Shown: one piece after another, positions 43,917 to 53,365 of the stretch
Position numbering within the stretch: the stretch's first letter is position 1
How the letters are laid out: every line of letters begins with the position of its first letter
NCBI GenBank assembly: GCA_050949505.1
Contig: JBMNFV010000001.1
Span: 286,284-350,283 of the forward strand
DNA from: Patescibacteria group bacterium
GTDB lineage: Bacteria > Patescibacteriota > Patescibacteriia > Patescibacteriales > UBA12465
Length of the DNA: 64,000 bases
Reading direction: 5' to 3'
Notes under the pieces: model-generated
Database searches by the model: none
Told to the model about the DNA's origin: nothing
What the model saw: only the letters and a program-made list of their open reading frames with translations
Made by a program: the position numbers and the translations under genes

Positions 43917-44354
43917 ATGAAAAATAATAAACCCGGCTTTACTCTCATAGAACTATTAGTCGTTATTGCGATTATTGGTTTACTGTCAACACTCTCCATT
44001 GTTGCCCTTAACTCTGCCCGAGCCAGATCTCGAGATGCCAGACGAGTCTCAGATGTCAAGAACATCCAAATGGCCCTAGAGATGTACTACAATGATCATT
44101 TGGTGTATCCAACTAATACTAGTAGCTTGGTAGCCTCTACAGCCACTCTCACTCCATATTTAATTGTTTTTCCTACACCTCCTACTCCAGCCGATAGCAC
44201 TACTTGTGATAATAATAATAGTTATGATTACAAGTCAGCAGGAAACGATGGTACTTATACGCTCACCTATTGTCTCGGAGCGGGTACTGGAGGAATCCCA
44301 GCGGGTATTAATACAGCCACTCCCTCAGGGATTAGCGATAGGCTAGGGAAATAA
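43917..44354 (+). CDS. type IV pilin, tandem paralog
   Basis: The first 62 aa are identical to the upstream pilin, the middle differs, and the C-terminal block TYTLTYCLGAGTGGIPAGINTATPSGIS is shared. Confidence 0.85.
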   Translation: MKNNKPGFTLIELLVVIAIIGLLSTLSIVALNSARARSRDARRVSDVKNIQMALEMYYNDHLVYPTNTSSLVASTATLTPYLIVFPTPPTPADSTTCDNNNSYDYKSAGNDGTYTLTYCLGAGTGGIPAGINTATPSGISDRLGK

Positions 44355-44396
44355 CAGTATAGGGGTGAAGGATTAAATAAAAAATAGTAAATTAAC

Positions 44397-44423
44397 AAAA
44401 GAGTCTCGCTAGAGGCTCTTTTT
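44397..44423 (+). terminator. rho-independent terminator after the pilin genes
   Basis: AGAGTCTC-gcta-GAGGCTCT (8 bp with one G-U pair) followed by TTTTT. Confidence 0.55.
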
Positions 44424-44629
44424 AGTGTTCCAGTCTGTGCCCCTTTACAAATTAATAAATATGTGGCAGGATACAGAGAAGTTTAGTTATTTAACAAAGC
44501 AAGAGACTGGAGTAATTGGGCTGTGAATTAAGTAGCTTATTTAATTGCTAGCCCAATTACTCCATGTTTAATCTTTAAAAAAGAGGCCCTCAGCGAGACC
44601 GGTAACGGGGTAAGTTGAGGGAAGTATTA

Positions 44630-45235
44630 ATGAAACAAAAAAAGTTAAGCAAACTGGTGAGGAGAACTATCTCCTTACCGATCATTTTCATTTTGCCAAT
44701 TCTGGCAGCCTACCTATTTCTCCTTCCTAAGGAGGTGCCGGTTAAGTTACTAGAGAATCAAATTGTAATACCCCGGTATTATGACTTGATTCTTGTTTAC
44801 CTTTGCTTAGTGGTGCTAGCCGCCACTTCGCTTGTTAAAAAGAGAAAAAAGGATGCGCCCACAGCGATTTTTTTCGCAAGTGTGGGGGCAGGAATATTAA
44901 TTATCACTGCTTTCCATTGGCTTCTTCCGGTAATGACCATAGTCTTTGCGGGAATGGGAGCCATAGTAGTGTCAGCAGCAATAAATTTCTGGGAGATGAA
45001 TAGCAGAAAGTTCTTTGTCGAAACCACGGCCTGGACAAGTCTGCTATTATTAATCTTCCTAGGACTGATTAATACTCTAATTCTCCTTGTAGTCTATTTT
45101 ATAGTTAGCTACGTTTTCATGCTAACTAGAAGGATAGTTATAGGAGAATCCGGACAATGGCTAGTCTATTGCCTAGGACTGGAGAAGGATAAAATAGAGG
45201 AAAAAGAAATAGAAAAAGAGAAGACTGAAGACTAA
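44630..45235 (+). CDS. hypothetical polytopic membrane protein
   Basis: ATG at 44630, about five TM helices and an acidic/lysine-rich tail. Followed by the terminator AGAGCTTG-tcaga-CAAGCTCT and a T run. Confidence 0.45.
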   Translation: MKQKKLSKLVRRTISLPIIFILPILAAYLFLLPKEVPVKLLENQIVIPRYYDLILVYLCLVVLAATSLVKKRKKDAPTAIFFASVGAGILIITAFHWLLPVMTIVFAGMGAIVVSAAINFWEMNSRKFFVETTAWTSLLLLIFLGLINTLILLVVYFIVSYVFMLTRRIVIGESGQWLVYCLGLEKDKIEEKEIEKEKTED

Positions 45236-45322
45236 GTCTTCGTCTAATAACCAAGAGCTTGTCAGACAAGCTCTTTTTTTATTTAAAATAATCACAACTA
45301 TCTTTAAATAGTGAGGCTAAGG

Positions 45323-46258
45323 CTAGATAGTGTTTTTAAAATATTGAATAGTTTTTTCTAAGCCCTCGGCTAAAGATATGGAAGGAGACCAGTTAAGAGT
45401 TTGTTTGGCTAGGGAAATATCAGGACGTCTTTTTTTAGGGTCATCAGTTAGGGCGGGTAAATAGCTTAGTTTGCTTTGGCTCTCAGGTAGCAGGGCCAGG
45501 ACTTTCTCAGCTAATTCTTTGATGGTAAATTCAGCGGGATTACCTAAATTAACTGGACCAATGAAGTTTTGGGTATTGTTCATCATTAGGACCATTCCAT
45601 TGATCAGATCATCTATATACTGAAAAGAACGGGTTTGTGAGCCATCGCCATTAATAGAAATATTTTCATTTTTTAGAGCTTGGATAATGAAGTTAGAGAT
45701 TACCCGGCCATCATTAGTAGCTAAATAGGGGCCGTAGGTGTTAAAAATCCTAATTATCCTGATATCCACTTGATATTGTTTATGGTAGTCCATAAACAGA
45801 GACTCAGCTACACGTTTGCTTTCATCATAACAAGAACGAGGGCCGAGGCAGTTAACGTGGCCAAAATAGTCTTCAGTTTGAGGGTGAACCTGAGGGTCGC
45901 CGTATACCTCAGAGGTAGAAGCCTGAAGGATACGAGCGCCAGTTTGTCTAGCGAGATTTAAGAGATTAATTGCTCCTAGGACCGAAGTGGTCGTAGTTTT
46001 AACAGGGTTAGCTTGATAGTGCTCTGGAGAGGCGGGGCAAGCTAGATTATAGATTTGATCAACTTGAGCAAAGTAGGGCTCTTCAATATCATGTTTGATA
46101 AATTGAAAGTTTTTGTTGGCTATTAAATCTTGAATATTAGCTTCCGAGCCAGTTAGCAAGTTATCTAAACAGATTACTTGCTCTCCCTCGGCTAATAAGC
46201 GACGGCAGAGATGACTACCAATAAAGCCGGCTCCGCCGGCCACTAAAATAGTTTTCAT
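45323..46258 (-). CDS. UDP-glucuronate decarboxylase (UDP-xylose synthase), extended SDR
   Basis: [42 protein letters not shown] and CYDESKR motifs. Confidence 0.9.
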   Translation of the reverse strand: MKTILVAGGAGFIGSHLCRRLLAEGEQVICLDNLLTGSEANIQDLIANKNFQFIKHDIEEPYFAQVDQIYNLACPASPEHYQANPVKTTTTSVLGAINLLNLARQTGARILQASTSEVYGDPQVHPQTEDYFGHVNCLGPRSCYDESKRVAESLFMDYHKQYQVDIRIIRIFNTYGPYLATNDGRVISNFIIQALKNENISINGDGSQTRSFQYIDDLINGMVLMMNNTQNFIGPVNLGNPAEFTIKELAEKVLALLPESQSKLSYLPALTDDPKKRRPDISLAKQTLNWSPSISLAEGLEKTIQYFKNTI

Positions 46259-46389
46259 AAGTTATAAGTGTTAAAGGTTAGTAAACAGAAAGACAAGTTT
46301 ATGGTAGCAGGGATTAGCTAATCTGTAAATGAATGAGAGAGAAGTATAGATATGCCTTGTCTTAACAGGTTAATAATGACTTAATGGAC

Positions 46390-46720
46390 TTTATTTTTTC
46401 TTTATATTTATTTTATACCCCTCAAATAGACTTAGGTTTAGTTCTTTATTTTTTCTTTATATTTTCTTTATATTTCTTTTATAGCCCTCAAATAGACTTA
46501 GGCTTAGTTCTTTATATTTTCTTTATATTTTCTTTATTTCTCTTTATATTTTCTTTATATTTTCTTTATATTCTCTTTACAGCTCTCAAATAAGCTTAGG
46601 TTTAGTTCTTTATTTTTTCTTTATATTTTCTTTATATTTCTTTTATAGCCCTCAAATAGGCTTAGGTTTAGTTCTTTATTTTTTCTTTATATTTCTCTTT
46701 ATTTTTTCTTTATATTTTAA
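46390..46720. repeat. complex tandem repeat with four 39-nt core copies separated by runs of an 11-12-nt T-rich sub-repeat
   Basis: The cores lie at 46411-46449, 46477-46515, 46575-46613 and 46641-46679, with consensus TTTTATAGCCCTCAAATAGACTTAGGTTTAGTTCTTTAT. Variable numbers of TTTTCTTTATA(T) units separate them. The array lies in the divergent intergenic region between the UXS and flippase genes. Confidence 0.85.
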
Positions 46721-46843
46721 TAATAGGGAAGTTGAGGCAATAGATCGGCTATTAGAAGGTTTGAGAATTAACTGGAATTTATTGCCTAAATATGCTAGTT
46801 TATAGAGGTCAGGGAAGTATTGTTAATCTCTAATTACCCCTTA

Positions 46844-48154
46844 ATGCTAACTAAACTATTTCAAACAATTGAGAAAATAACACCAGTTAAATGGCGTTGG
46901 ATTTTTAATCATGAAGGCTTTAGGCGCTATTTTGCTAATACTGGTTGGATGTTTCTAGGACAAGCCTTTGGCTTGTTAATGTCTTTTTTGGTGGGGGCTT
47001 GGGTTATCCGCTATTTAGGGCCAGAGCGTTATGGGATCTTTTCTTACGCTCTAGCCTTTGCGGGACTATTTTCTTTCCTGGCTTCACTAGGAGTGGATAA
47101 TATTTTACAGCGAGAATTAGTTAATACTCCAGAGAAGCGAGATCAATTAATGGGAACCGCGTTAGTGATGAAGTTAGTTGGTGGTGGAATAGCGTTTATT
47201 GTGACGGTAGGAACTATCTTCTTGATTGATTCTTCTAATCTAGTGAGATTCCTAGTTCTAATTCAAGCCCTAGCTTTAATTATCCAAGCCTTTGGGGTGA
47301 TAAGCCTGTTCTTTCAAGCGCAAGTTCAAGCCAAAAAGAATATTCAATCACAGATAATGGCTGGACTAATCTCTAGTGCTCTTAAAGTTATCCTTATTTT
47401 AAATGGACTAGGAGTCATTTGGCTAATGTTGATTTATGTATTAGATAGCGTTTGGATTAGCTTGTTTTTGTTCCGAGCCTATCAACGATCAGGACTCAAG
47501 GTTAGGGCTTGGCGCTTTAAATTACCGCTTGCTAAACAGATTTTTAGAAGTTCTTGGTTATTAGCGCTTACCAATGCCTCGATGTTGGTTTATATGAAAA
47601 TAGATCAGGTAATGATCGGACAAATAATTGATAAGCAGGCAGTGGGTTTGTATGCCTCTACGGTGCGAGTCTTTGAGCTAACCTATGTAGCGCCAGCAAT
47701 TATTGCTGGCTCACTATTTCCCGCTATTTTAAATGCTAGAAAAACTGATTTACAGTCTTATCATAATCGTTTAAGGAGCATGGGGAAGTTATTGGCGATA
47801 ATATCTATTTTAATAGCCTTAGCGACAACTTTATTAGCTAAGTATATTATTATTATCCTGTTTGGAGCTGATTACTCAGCAGCAATCATAACTCTTCAAA
47901 TTGGCGCTTGGTCAATAGTGGGGATGGCCTTAACTTATTTAGTTAATCAATATTTAATAGCGGAAGATAAGATAAAATTCTACTTCATTATTACCCTAAT
48001 CGGTGCTATAGTGAACATAGGACTAAACTACTATCTCATCCCCCACTACGGCATCAATGGAGCCGCCATCGCCACCATTATCGCCTATTTAGTGGTGCCG
48101 GGAGTGGGGATGACTTATTTTAATTTAAATAGAAAGAAACATGAAAAGCAATGA
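46844..48154 (+). CDS. polysaccharide flippase (Wzx-like, MOP superfamily)
   Basis: About 436 aa with 12-14 TM helices; the first gene of the glycan operon. Confidence 0.8.
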   Translation: MLTKLFQTIEKITPVKWRWIFNHEGFRRYFANTGWMFLGQAFGLLMSFLVGAWVIRYLGPERYGIFSYALAFAGLFSFLASLGVDNILQRELVNTPEKRDQLMGTALVMKLVGGGIAFIVTVGTIFLIDSSNLVRFLVLIQALALIIQAFGVISLFFQAQVQAKKNIQSQIMAGLISSALKVILILNGLGVIWLMLIYVLDSVWISLFLFRAYQRSGLKVRAWRFKLPLAKQIFRSSWLLALTNASMLVYMKIDQVMIGQIIDKQAVGLYASTVRVFELTYVAPAIIAGSLFPAILNARKTDLQSYHNRLRSMGKLLAIISILIALATTLLAKYIIIILFGADYSAAIITLQIGAWSIVGMALTYLVNQYLIAEDKIKFYFIITLIGAIVNIGLNYYLIPHYGINGAAIATIIAYLVVPGVGMTYFNLNRKKHEKQ

Positions 48155-49238
48155 AAAAATCTTACTCTTGATCACTAAAGCTGAGGTGGGAGGGGCTCAG
48201 AATTTTGTTGCCAACCTAGCTAAGGGACTAAAAGAGTCAGGCAGAGAGGTTAGCATAGCGGCGGGAGAAGGGGAGTATTTGTCTGAGTATGCCCATGACC
48301 AGCAGATTAATTTTTTTAGAATTAAAGACCTTAAAAGAGGTTTTTCTTTTTTAGCTAATCTATCATTTCTCAGAAACTCCTTGAAATATATTAAGGAAAA
48401 CAAGTTTGACGTGATTCATTTAAATAGCACTAATACTCTGTTACTAGCACCATTTTTAAAGATATTTTCTAAAAAAACTAAAATAGTTTTCACTGTGCAT
48501 GGTTTATCAGTTTTAGACCCTGGCTATGAAGATAATATATTAAAGAAGTTACTATTTTTTATTTTTTTTAAGTTTAACCTTTTGTTTGTAAATGAAATAG
48601 TATTTGTTAGTGAGAATAATTTAAAGATCGCTCAGAAAAATAAAATTACGAATAGGGGAATAGTAATATACAATGGAGCAGAAGTAGATTTTTATAACAG
48701 GGAGGTAGCGAGGGAGTATTTAATAGAAAAGTCTAAGATTTTAGAAGACTCTTTTTTAATAGGATCTGTGGGAAGACTAGCCTATCCTAAAAACTATGAG
48801 TTTCTCATTAATAATTTTAAGGAGGTTTTAGGAGAAATTCCTAATGCTAAACTAATTCTAATTGGTGATGGTCCTAATAGGGAAAAATATCAAAAGCTAA
48901 TAGGTGAAAGAGGTTTAGATAATGATGTATTACTATTAGGAGAAATAGTTGATGCTGCTAAATATCTTAAAGGACTAGATTTATTTGTTTTACCCTCCAT
49001 TTATGAAGGTCTATCAATTTCTTTAATAGAAACTGTGCTAGCCAAAGTTCCAGCTATTGCTAGTGATGTTGGAGGTAATTATGAGGTAATTGGCAAAGAG
49101 AGTTGTTTTAGATTAAATAATAAAGAAAGCTTTTTAGAAATATTAAAACTTGTTAGCAATAAAAGCAGTATTCAGGATCCAAAAAAGTTCTCTTTAAATA
49201 CTATGGTTACGAAATATTTAGAAATTTATAAAAAATAA
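48141..49238 (+). CDS. glycosyltransferase family 4 (GT-B)
   Basis: GGAQNFV near the N-terminus and the C-terminal EGLSISLIE (E-x7-E region). Confidence 0.85.
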   Translation: MKSNEKILLLITKAEVGGAQNFVANLAKGLKESGREVSIAAGEGEYLSEYAHDQQINFFRIKDLKRGFSFLANLSFLRNSLKYIKENKFDVIHLNSTNTLLLAPFLKIFSKKTKIVFTVHGLSVLDPGYEDNILKKLLFFIFFKFNLLFVNEIVFVSENNLKIAQKNKITNRGIVIYNGAEVDFYNREVAREYLIEKSKILEDSFLIGSVGRLAYPKNYEFLINNFKEVLGEIPNAKLILIGDGPNREKYQKLIGERGLDNDVLLLGEIVDAAKYLKGLDLFVLPSIYEGLSISLIETVLAKVPAIASDVGGNYEVIGKESCFRLNNKESFLEILKLVSNKSSIQDPKKFSLNTMVTKYLEIYKK

Positions 49239-49265
49239 ACTAACTTAATTAACTAAGTGTTAAAA

Positions 49266-49973
49266 ATGAAAAAAATACCAAAAATTATTCATTATTGTTG
49301 GTTTGGAAAGAAGCCTAAGTCTCCTTTAGTTTTAAAGTGTATAGCTAGCTGGAAAAGAGTATTGCCGGACTATGAAATCAAAGAATGGAATGAAGACAAC
49401 TTTGATATAAATTTTAATTCTTATACAAAAAATGCATACGATGACAAGAAGTGGGCATTTGTTTCTGATGTTGCAAGGCTTTTTGCATTGCATGAGGAGG
49501 GGGGGGTATACCTGGATACGGATATGTATGTCTTAAAAAACTTCAATGATCTTTTAAATTATGATTCTTTTCTGGGAAAAGAAGACAATAGGGCGATAAA
49601 TGGGGCAATTTGGGGGGCTAAAAAGGGGGATAGGCTAGTGGGGGATGTTTTGGCGTATTATAATTCTAAAAATATAGACCCAAGGACGATTCCCGAAATT
49701 ATTACAGATGTCTATAAAAAAAATATTTTTAAGTATAGTGAGGTAAAAATTTTTGATAAAATTTACTTTTATCCCTTTGGTATTAATGAGATAAAAAAAT
49801 TTAATTATCAAAATGCTCCCCTGGAAAGCTATGCAGTTCATTTGTGGAATTATTCCTGGGGGCATCCGTTGAATAAATTTATAAAAAAAATTGGATTACA
49901 CCAATTTATTAAACAATATACCGAAAAACTAGGCATAAAGGATAATATTAAAAAAATTTTTAAAATCACATAA
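49266..49973 (+). CDS. glycosyltransferase, GT32-like (DXD sugar-binding region family)
   Basis: KIIHYCWFG, FVSDVARLFAL..EGGVYLDTDM (DxD). Contains a G8 tract at 49499-49506. Confidence 0.75.
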   Translation: MKKIPKIIHYCWFGKKPKSPLVLKCIASWKRVLPDYEIKEWNEDNFDINFNSYTKNAYDDKKWAFVSDVARLFALHEEGGVYLDTDMYVLKNFNDLLNYDSFLGKEDNRAINGAIWGAKKGDRLVGDVLAYYNSKNIDPRTIPEIITDVYKKNIFKYSEVKIFDKIYFYPFGINEIKKFNYQNAPLESYAVHLWNYSWGHPLNKFIKKIGLHQFIKQYTEKLGIKDNIKKIFKIT

Positions 49974-49974
49974 T

Positions 49975-50734
49975 ATGAAATTTTCTATTATCACCCCAAC
50001 GCACAAGAGGCCAAAGGAATTAAAGAGAGCTGTGGAGTCACTATTAAATCAAGATTATCCTAATTGGGAAATGATTATAATAAATGATTCTCCAAATTTT
50101 AATTATACTGAAATAGATAATGGGGACATAATGAGAGACAAGAGAATAAGATATTTTAAAAACAAAGAGAATATGGGGGTAAATTTTTCTAGAAACTTTG
50201 CTCTTGATAATATTAGCTTAGATTCTGATTATATTATTTTTTTAGACGATGATGATTGGCTCAATCAACAGTGTTTAAGTGAGGCGATAAATACTGTCAA
50301 GCAAAATCCAGCTCATGGTTGGTATGTTTCAAATAGGGCAATTTTTAACGACAATAAGCCAATTACTATAAATGTCGTCAATAAAAAAGAGATTAATTAT
50401 TTAAAGGATTATCTTATTTTTAAAAAATTCAAAGGAGATGCTACTCATGTTATTTCCACAAAATATAAAAATATAAGATTTTCTAGTAAAACAGGCCGAA
50501 GAGTGGATGTATTTTGTGCAATTATCTAATAATTTTTTTTATTATGATTTTAATTCTACGTTTAGCGATGGATATGATTATGAGGGCGTGTCTAGAATGT
50601 ATAAAAACAAAATAGAAAAATTAAAAAATACAGTTAAGCTCTATCAAGAGCTATTTAAGCTAAAAAAGTTTAATTTTTATATTTGGTTTATTTATTTGCC
50701 ATTAAGAGTGGGGGCTATTTTTTTGAAGAATTAG
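49975..50734 (+). pseudogene. GT2 glycosyltransferase interrupted by a frameshift (two ORFs, 49975-50529 and 50507-50734)
   Basis: The N-terminal part FSIITPTHKRPKELKRAVESLLNQDYPNWEMIIINDSP...FLDDDD is a classic GT2. The second ORF, read upstream of its ATG, gives AEEWMYFVQL, which resembles the continuation of a GT2 domain. The frame changes between about 50476 and 50529. Confidence 0.6.
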
Positions 50735-50803
50735 CAGACAAGAGGATTCATTTAATTGGAGCTATGAATTAATTATTAGCGTGATTTATTATTATAAAAA
50801 TCA

Positions 50804-51832
50804 TTATGGCATGCCAATATGCTCAGGTATGTCAAAATTTTTTATTATCCCCCTTTTTATAGATTTAATAATTAGGCGATTGCGTTGAATTAAATGCATA
50901 TTTATACCTTTTTTAAAGATATAAAATAAATTCATAACCAATAGGATTATAAAAGTATTTGCTAAAAAGAAAGCCTTATTAGCCTGGTTAATATGGATAA
51001 TATTATAAGTGTTATTTCTAAAATTTAGGAACACTCTAAATGGATCGTTATTTTTTGAAAATGGAGCCAAGAATCCGCCCTCTCTATTATTTATGTCAAC
51101 ATCCTCTATATAGGGGTGAAATAAAGAGTAAGAAGTCCCCCCCCCAATTGTTTTTATTCTATTAGACCATTCTACATCGTCAGCATAGGTAAAAAATTCT
51201 TTTAAGGGCAGTCCAGCTAGGCTTATGATTTCTTTAGATAAAAAAGCTCCTCCGTAAGCAAAGCCATTCTGAATGCAAATGGGAATAAATTTTTTACTTT
51301 GCAATTTCTTTGATTCATTAAAAATATGTTTTTTTATTAAACTTAACACAACTTTATAGTTAAACATGTTAAATCCAAATAGACTTTTTTGTGAATTTGG
51401 AATATATTTTCCATAAAAAAATCTAATATCTGTATATGCACTTCTTCTTCCTGATAAGATTATTTTTTGCCTATCTTTTTTTGGGAATAGAAATAGAGCC
51501 GAAGTAAAATATTTAATAAAATTAGATTCAGGCACATTATCATCATCTAAGAGTAGAACATAGTCAGACTTTGTAGTTAAAAAGTACTCTAGTCCTGCTG
51601 AAAAGCCACCCGCTGATCCTTTGTTTTCTTTTAAGGTAATGTGTTTTGTATTTACGTCTCTATTATTTTCTATAAATTTAGATATATTTTGAGAAGACGA
51701 TGAGTTGTTGTCTACTATAATAATCTCAAACAATCTTTTATCTTGCCTACTTTCAGAAGCACACCTATCTAATACTTGCTGTAAATATTTAAATCTATCC
51801 CCATACGTGACTGTTAGAATTGAAATTTTCAT
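50804..51832 (-). CDS. GT2 glycosyltransferase (rhamnosyltransferase-like)
   Basis: ISILTVTYGDR, IIVDNNSS, LLLDDDN. Contains a G9 tract on the coding strand (C9 at 51137-51145 on the plus strand). Confidence 0.8.
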   Translation of the reverse strand: MKISILTVTYGDRFKYLQQVLDRCASESRQDKRLFEIIIVDNNSSSSQNISKFIENNRDVNTKHITLKENKGSAGGFSAGLEYFLTTKSDYVLLLDDDNVPESNFIKYFTSALFLFPKKDRQKIILSGRRSAYTDIRFFYGKYIPNSQKSLFGFNMFNYKVVLSLIKKHIFNESKKLQSKKFIPICIQNGFAYGGAFLSKEIISLAGLPLKEFFTYADDVEWSNRIKTIGGGTSYSLFHPYIEDVDINNREGGFLAPFSKNNDPFRVFLNFRNNTYNIIHINQANKAFFLANTFIILLVMNLFYIFKKGINMHLIQRNRLIIKSIKRGIIKNFDIPEHIGMP

Positions 51833-51885
51833 AAATTATTTTTCTAAAATTAATAGTTTAGAGTAATAGTTTAAGTTAGATGTGT

Positions 51886-53208
51886 CTACCTCCCCCCTCT
51901 CCCTAGGACAGTGGCGATGGTCTTGAGGGTGATGACGAGGTCTAGGTAGAGAGAGCGGTGCTTGAGGTAGAAGAGGTCATATTGGAGCTTTTCTAGGGTG
52001 TCTTCTGGGGAGGGCGAGTGGTAGGTGCCAGAGACTTGGTCCCAGCCACTGATGCCGGGTTTGATTAGTAGTCTGGTCTTGTAGAAGGGAATAGCTAATT
52101 CTAAGTCTTTCACTAGCTCGGGTCGTTCGGGTCGGGGGCCAATAAAGCTCATTTCACCACGGAAGATATTAATTGCTTGAGGGAGCTCATCTAGTCTAGT
52201 TTTGCGTAAGAAATTGCCAACAGGAGTGATACGACGATCTTTAGTGCTAGTAGGTTGACCGTGGTTGTTGGTGGTGCGCATAGTGCGGAATTTTAGGATC
52301 TTAAAGATCTGTTCATTGCGACCATAGCGCTCTTGAGTGAAGAAGACGGGCCCACGACTCTCTAGCTTGATAATTAGAGCAATAAGGGGGAAGAGGGGAA
52401 TGAGAATTAGGATTAGGAGACTAGCTCCTAAAAGATCAAGGAGACGCTTTAAGAAGTTAAAGTAGTTCTTATTACCTTCGTTAAGATTATTTAAGAACCA
52501 GTCAGGACCAATGGCCTCCACGGGCACTTTACCACTTAAGAGCTCATAGAAGCTAGGATAGTCATAGAAGCTCAGGTTGAGGGCTAGACAAGCAAAGAGA
52601 GCAGTTTGGACCTGCTCACTGCTACCAAAGTCATCACAAATAACAACAGTGCGAATATTCTTATCTTTAATTAAATTAACTATCTCCGCTAGTTCAGCGG
52701 TATCTTTGATAATCGTGGCTAGCTCATAACCCGCTCCGGGGTTTTTTTGAAGCTCTTGTTGTAATTTAGCGCTATATTGATTATTACCAATAATGACTAG
52801 CTGGTTCTTTTGTAGGGAGCGGTTCAGAGCTTGCCAACTGGTCCGCCAGATAAGAAAGAGGACAATAAACAGGCCGCTAAAGATCAGCAAATTAGTTCGG
52901 GGAGTGACCGAGGAGTTGACGTTAAGGTAGAAATAGATAACGGAGAAGATTAGACTAAGACTTAAGGTGGAAGTGACTTTCTTAAAGAAGGCCTTGCTAG
53001 GCGCAGCAAAGTTAAGGTTGTAGAGGTCACTAATATACAAAAAGACTAGCCAAATAGCGAAGACTACCAGGAAATAGGGGAGGTGGTGTCGGTAATTATC
53101 ACTCCAAGATAAGGAGCCATAGCGTAGGAGCAGGGTAAATAGCAGGGCTAGGTTAAGAACGAGAAGGTCACCGAGCAGAAGAATGATTTTTTTAAAACGT
53201 TTATTCAT
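51886..53208 (-). CDS. polyprenyl-phosphate glycosyl-1-phosphate transferase (WbaP/EpsB-type bacterial sugar transferase)
   Basis: Multi-TM N-terminal region and the conserved C-terminal block KFRTM...DELPQ..N...G.MS.IGPRPERP. The ATG at 53208 is preferred over the TTG at 53235. Confidence 0.9.
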   Translation of the reverse strand: MNKRFKKIILLLGDLLVLNLALLFTLLLRYGSLSWSDNYRHHLPYFLVVFAIWLVFLYISDLYNLNFAAPSKAFFKKVTSTLSLSLIFSVIYFYLNVNSSVTPRTNLLIFSGLFIVLFLIWRTSWQALNRSLQKNQLVIIGNNQYSAKLQQELQKNPGAGYELATIIKDTAELAEIVNLIKDKNIRTVVICDDFGSSEQVQTALFACLALNLSFYDYPSFYELLSGKVPVEAIGPDWFLNNLNEGNKNYFNFLKRLLDLLGASLLILILIPLFPLIALIIKLESRGPVFFTQERYGRNEQIFKILKFRTMRTTNNHGQPTSTKDRRITPVGNFLRKTRLDELPQAINIFRGEMSFIGPRPERPELVKDLELAIPFYKTRLLIKPGISGWDQVSGTYHSPSPEDTLEKLQYDLFYLKHRSLYLDLVITLKTIATVLGRGGR

Positions 53209-53365
53209 AGCTTTTTTATGCTTTAAATATAGCAATAAGGGTAGGAAAAAGCAATAAAAGGAGAATTATTTAGCTTTTAATTTTCCACTAAAGATGTTAT
53301 ACTAAAAGGAGTTAGTCTAGTCTTTAACGCTAACTAGCTTTTATTATTTCTTATTATCAAATAAA

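Noticed and set aside
43874-44065. A 63-aa minus-strand ORF spanning the start of the second pilin gene.
   Set aside because: It is antisense to the highly conserved pilin N-terminal coding block and has no independent support.
46384-46593. A 69-aa ORF (MDFIFSLYLFYTPQIDLGLVLYFFF...), and the possibility that the repeat array is a CRISPR locus.
   Set aside because: The ORF is a translation artefact of the T-rich tandem repeat. The sequences between the 39-nt cores are themselves repeats of an 11-12-nt unit rather than unique spacers. The cores are imperfect, and no cas genes are present. It was therefore called a complex tandem repeat, not a CRISPR array and not a gene.
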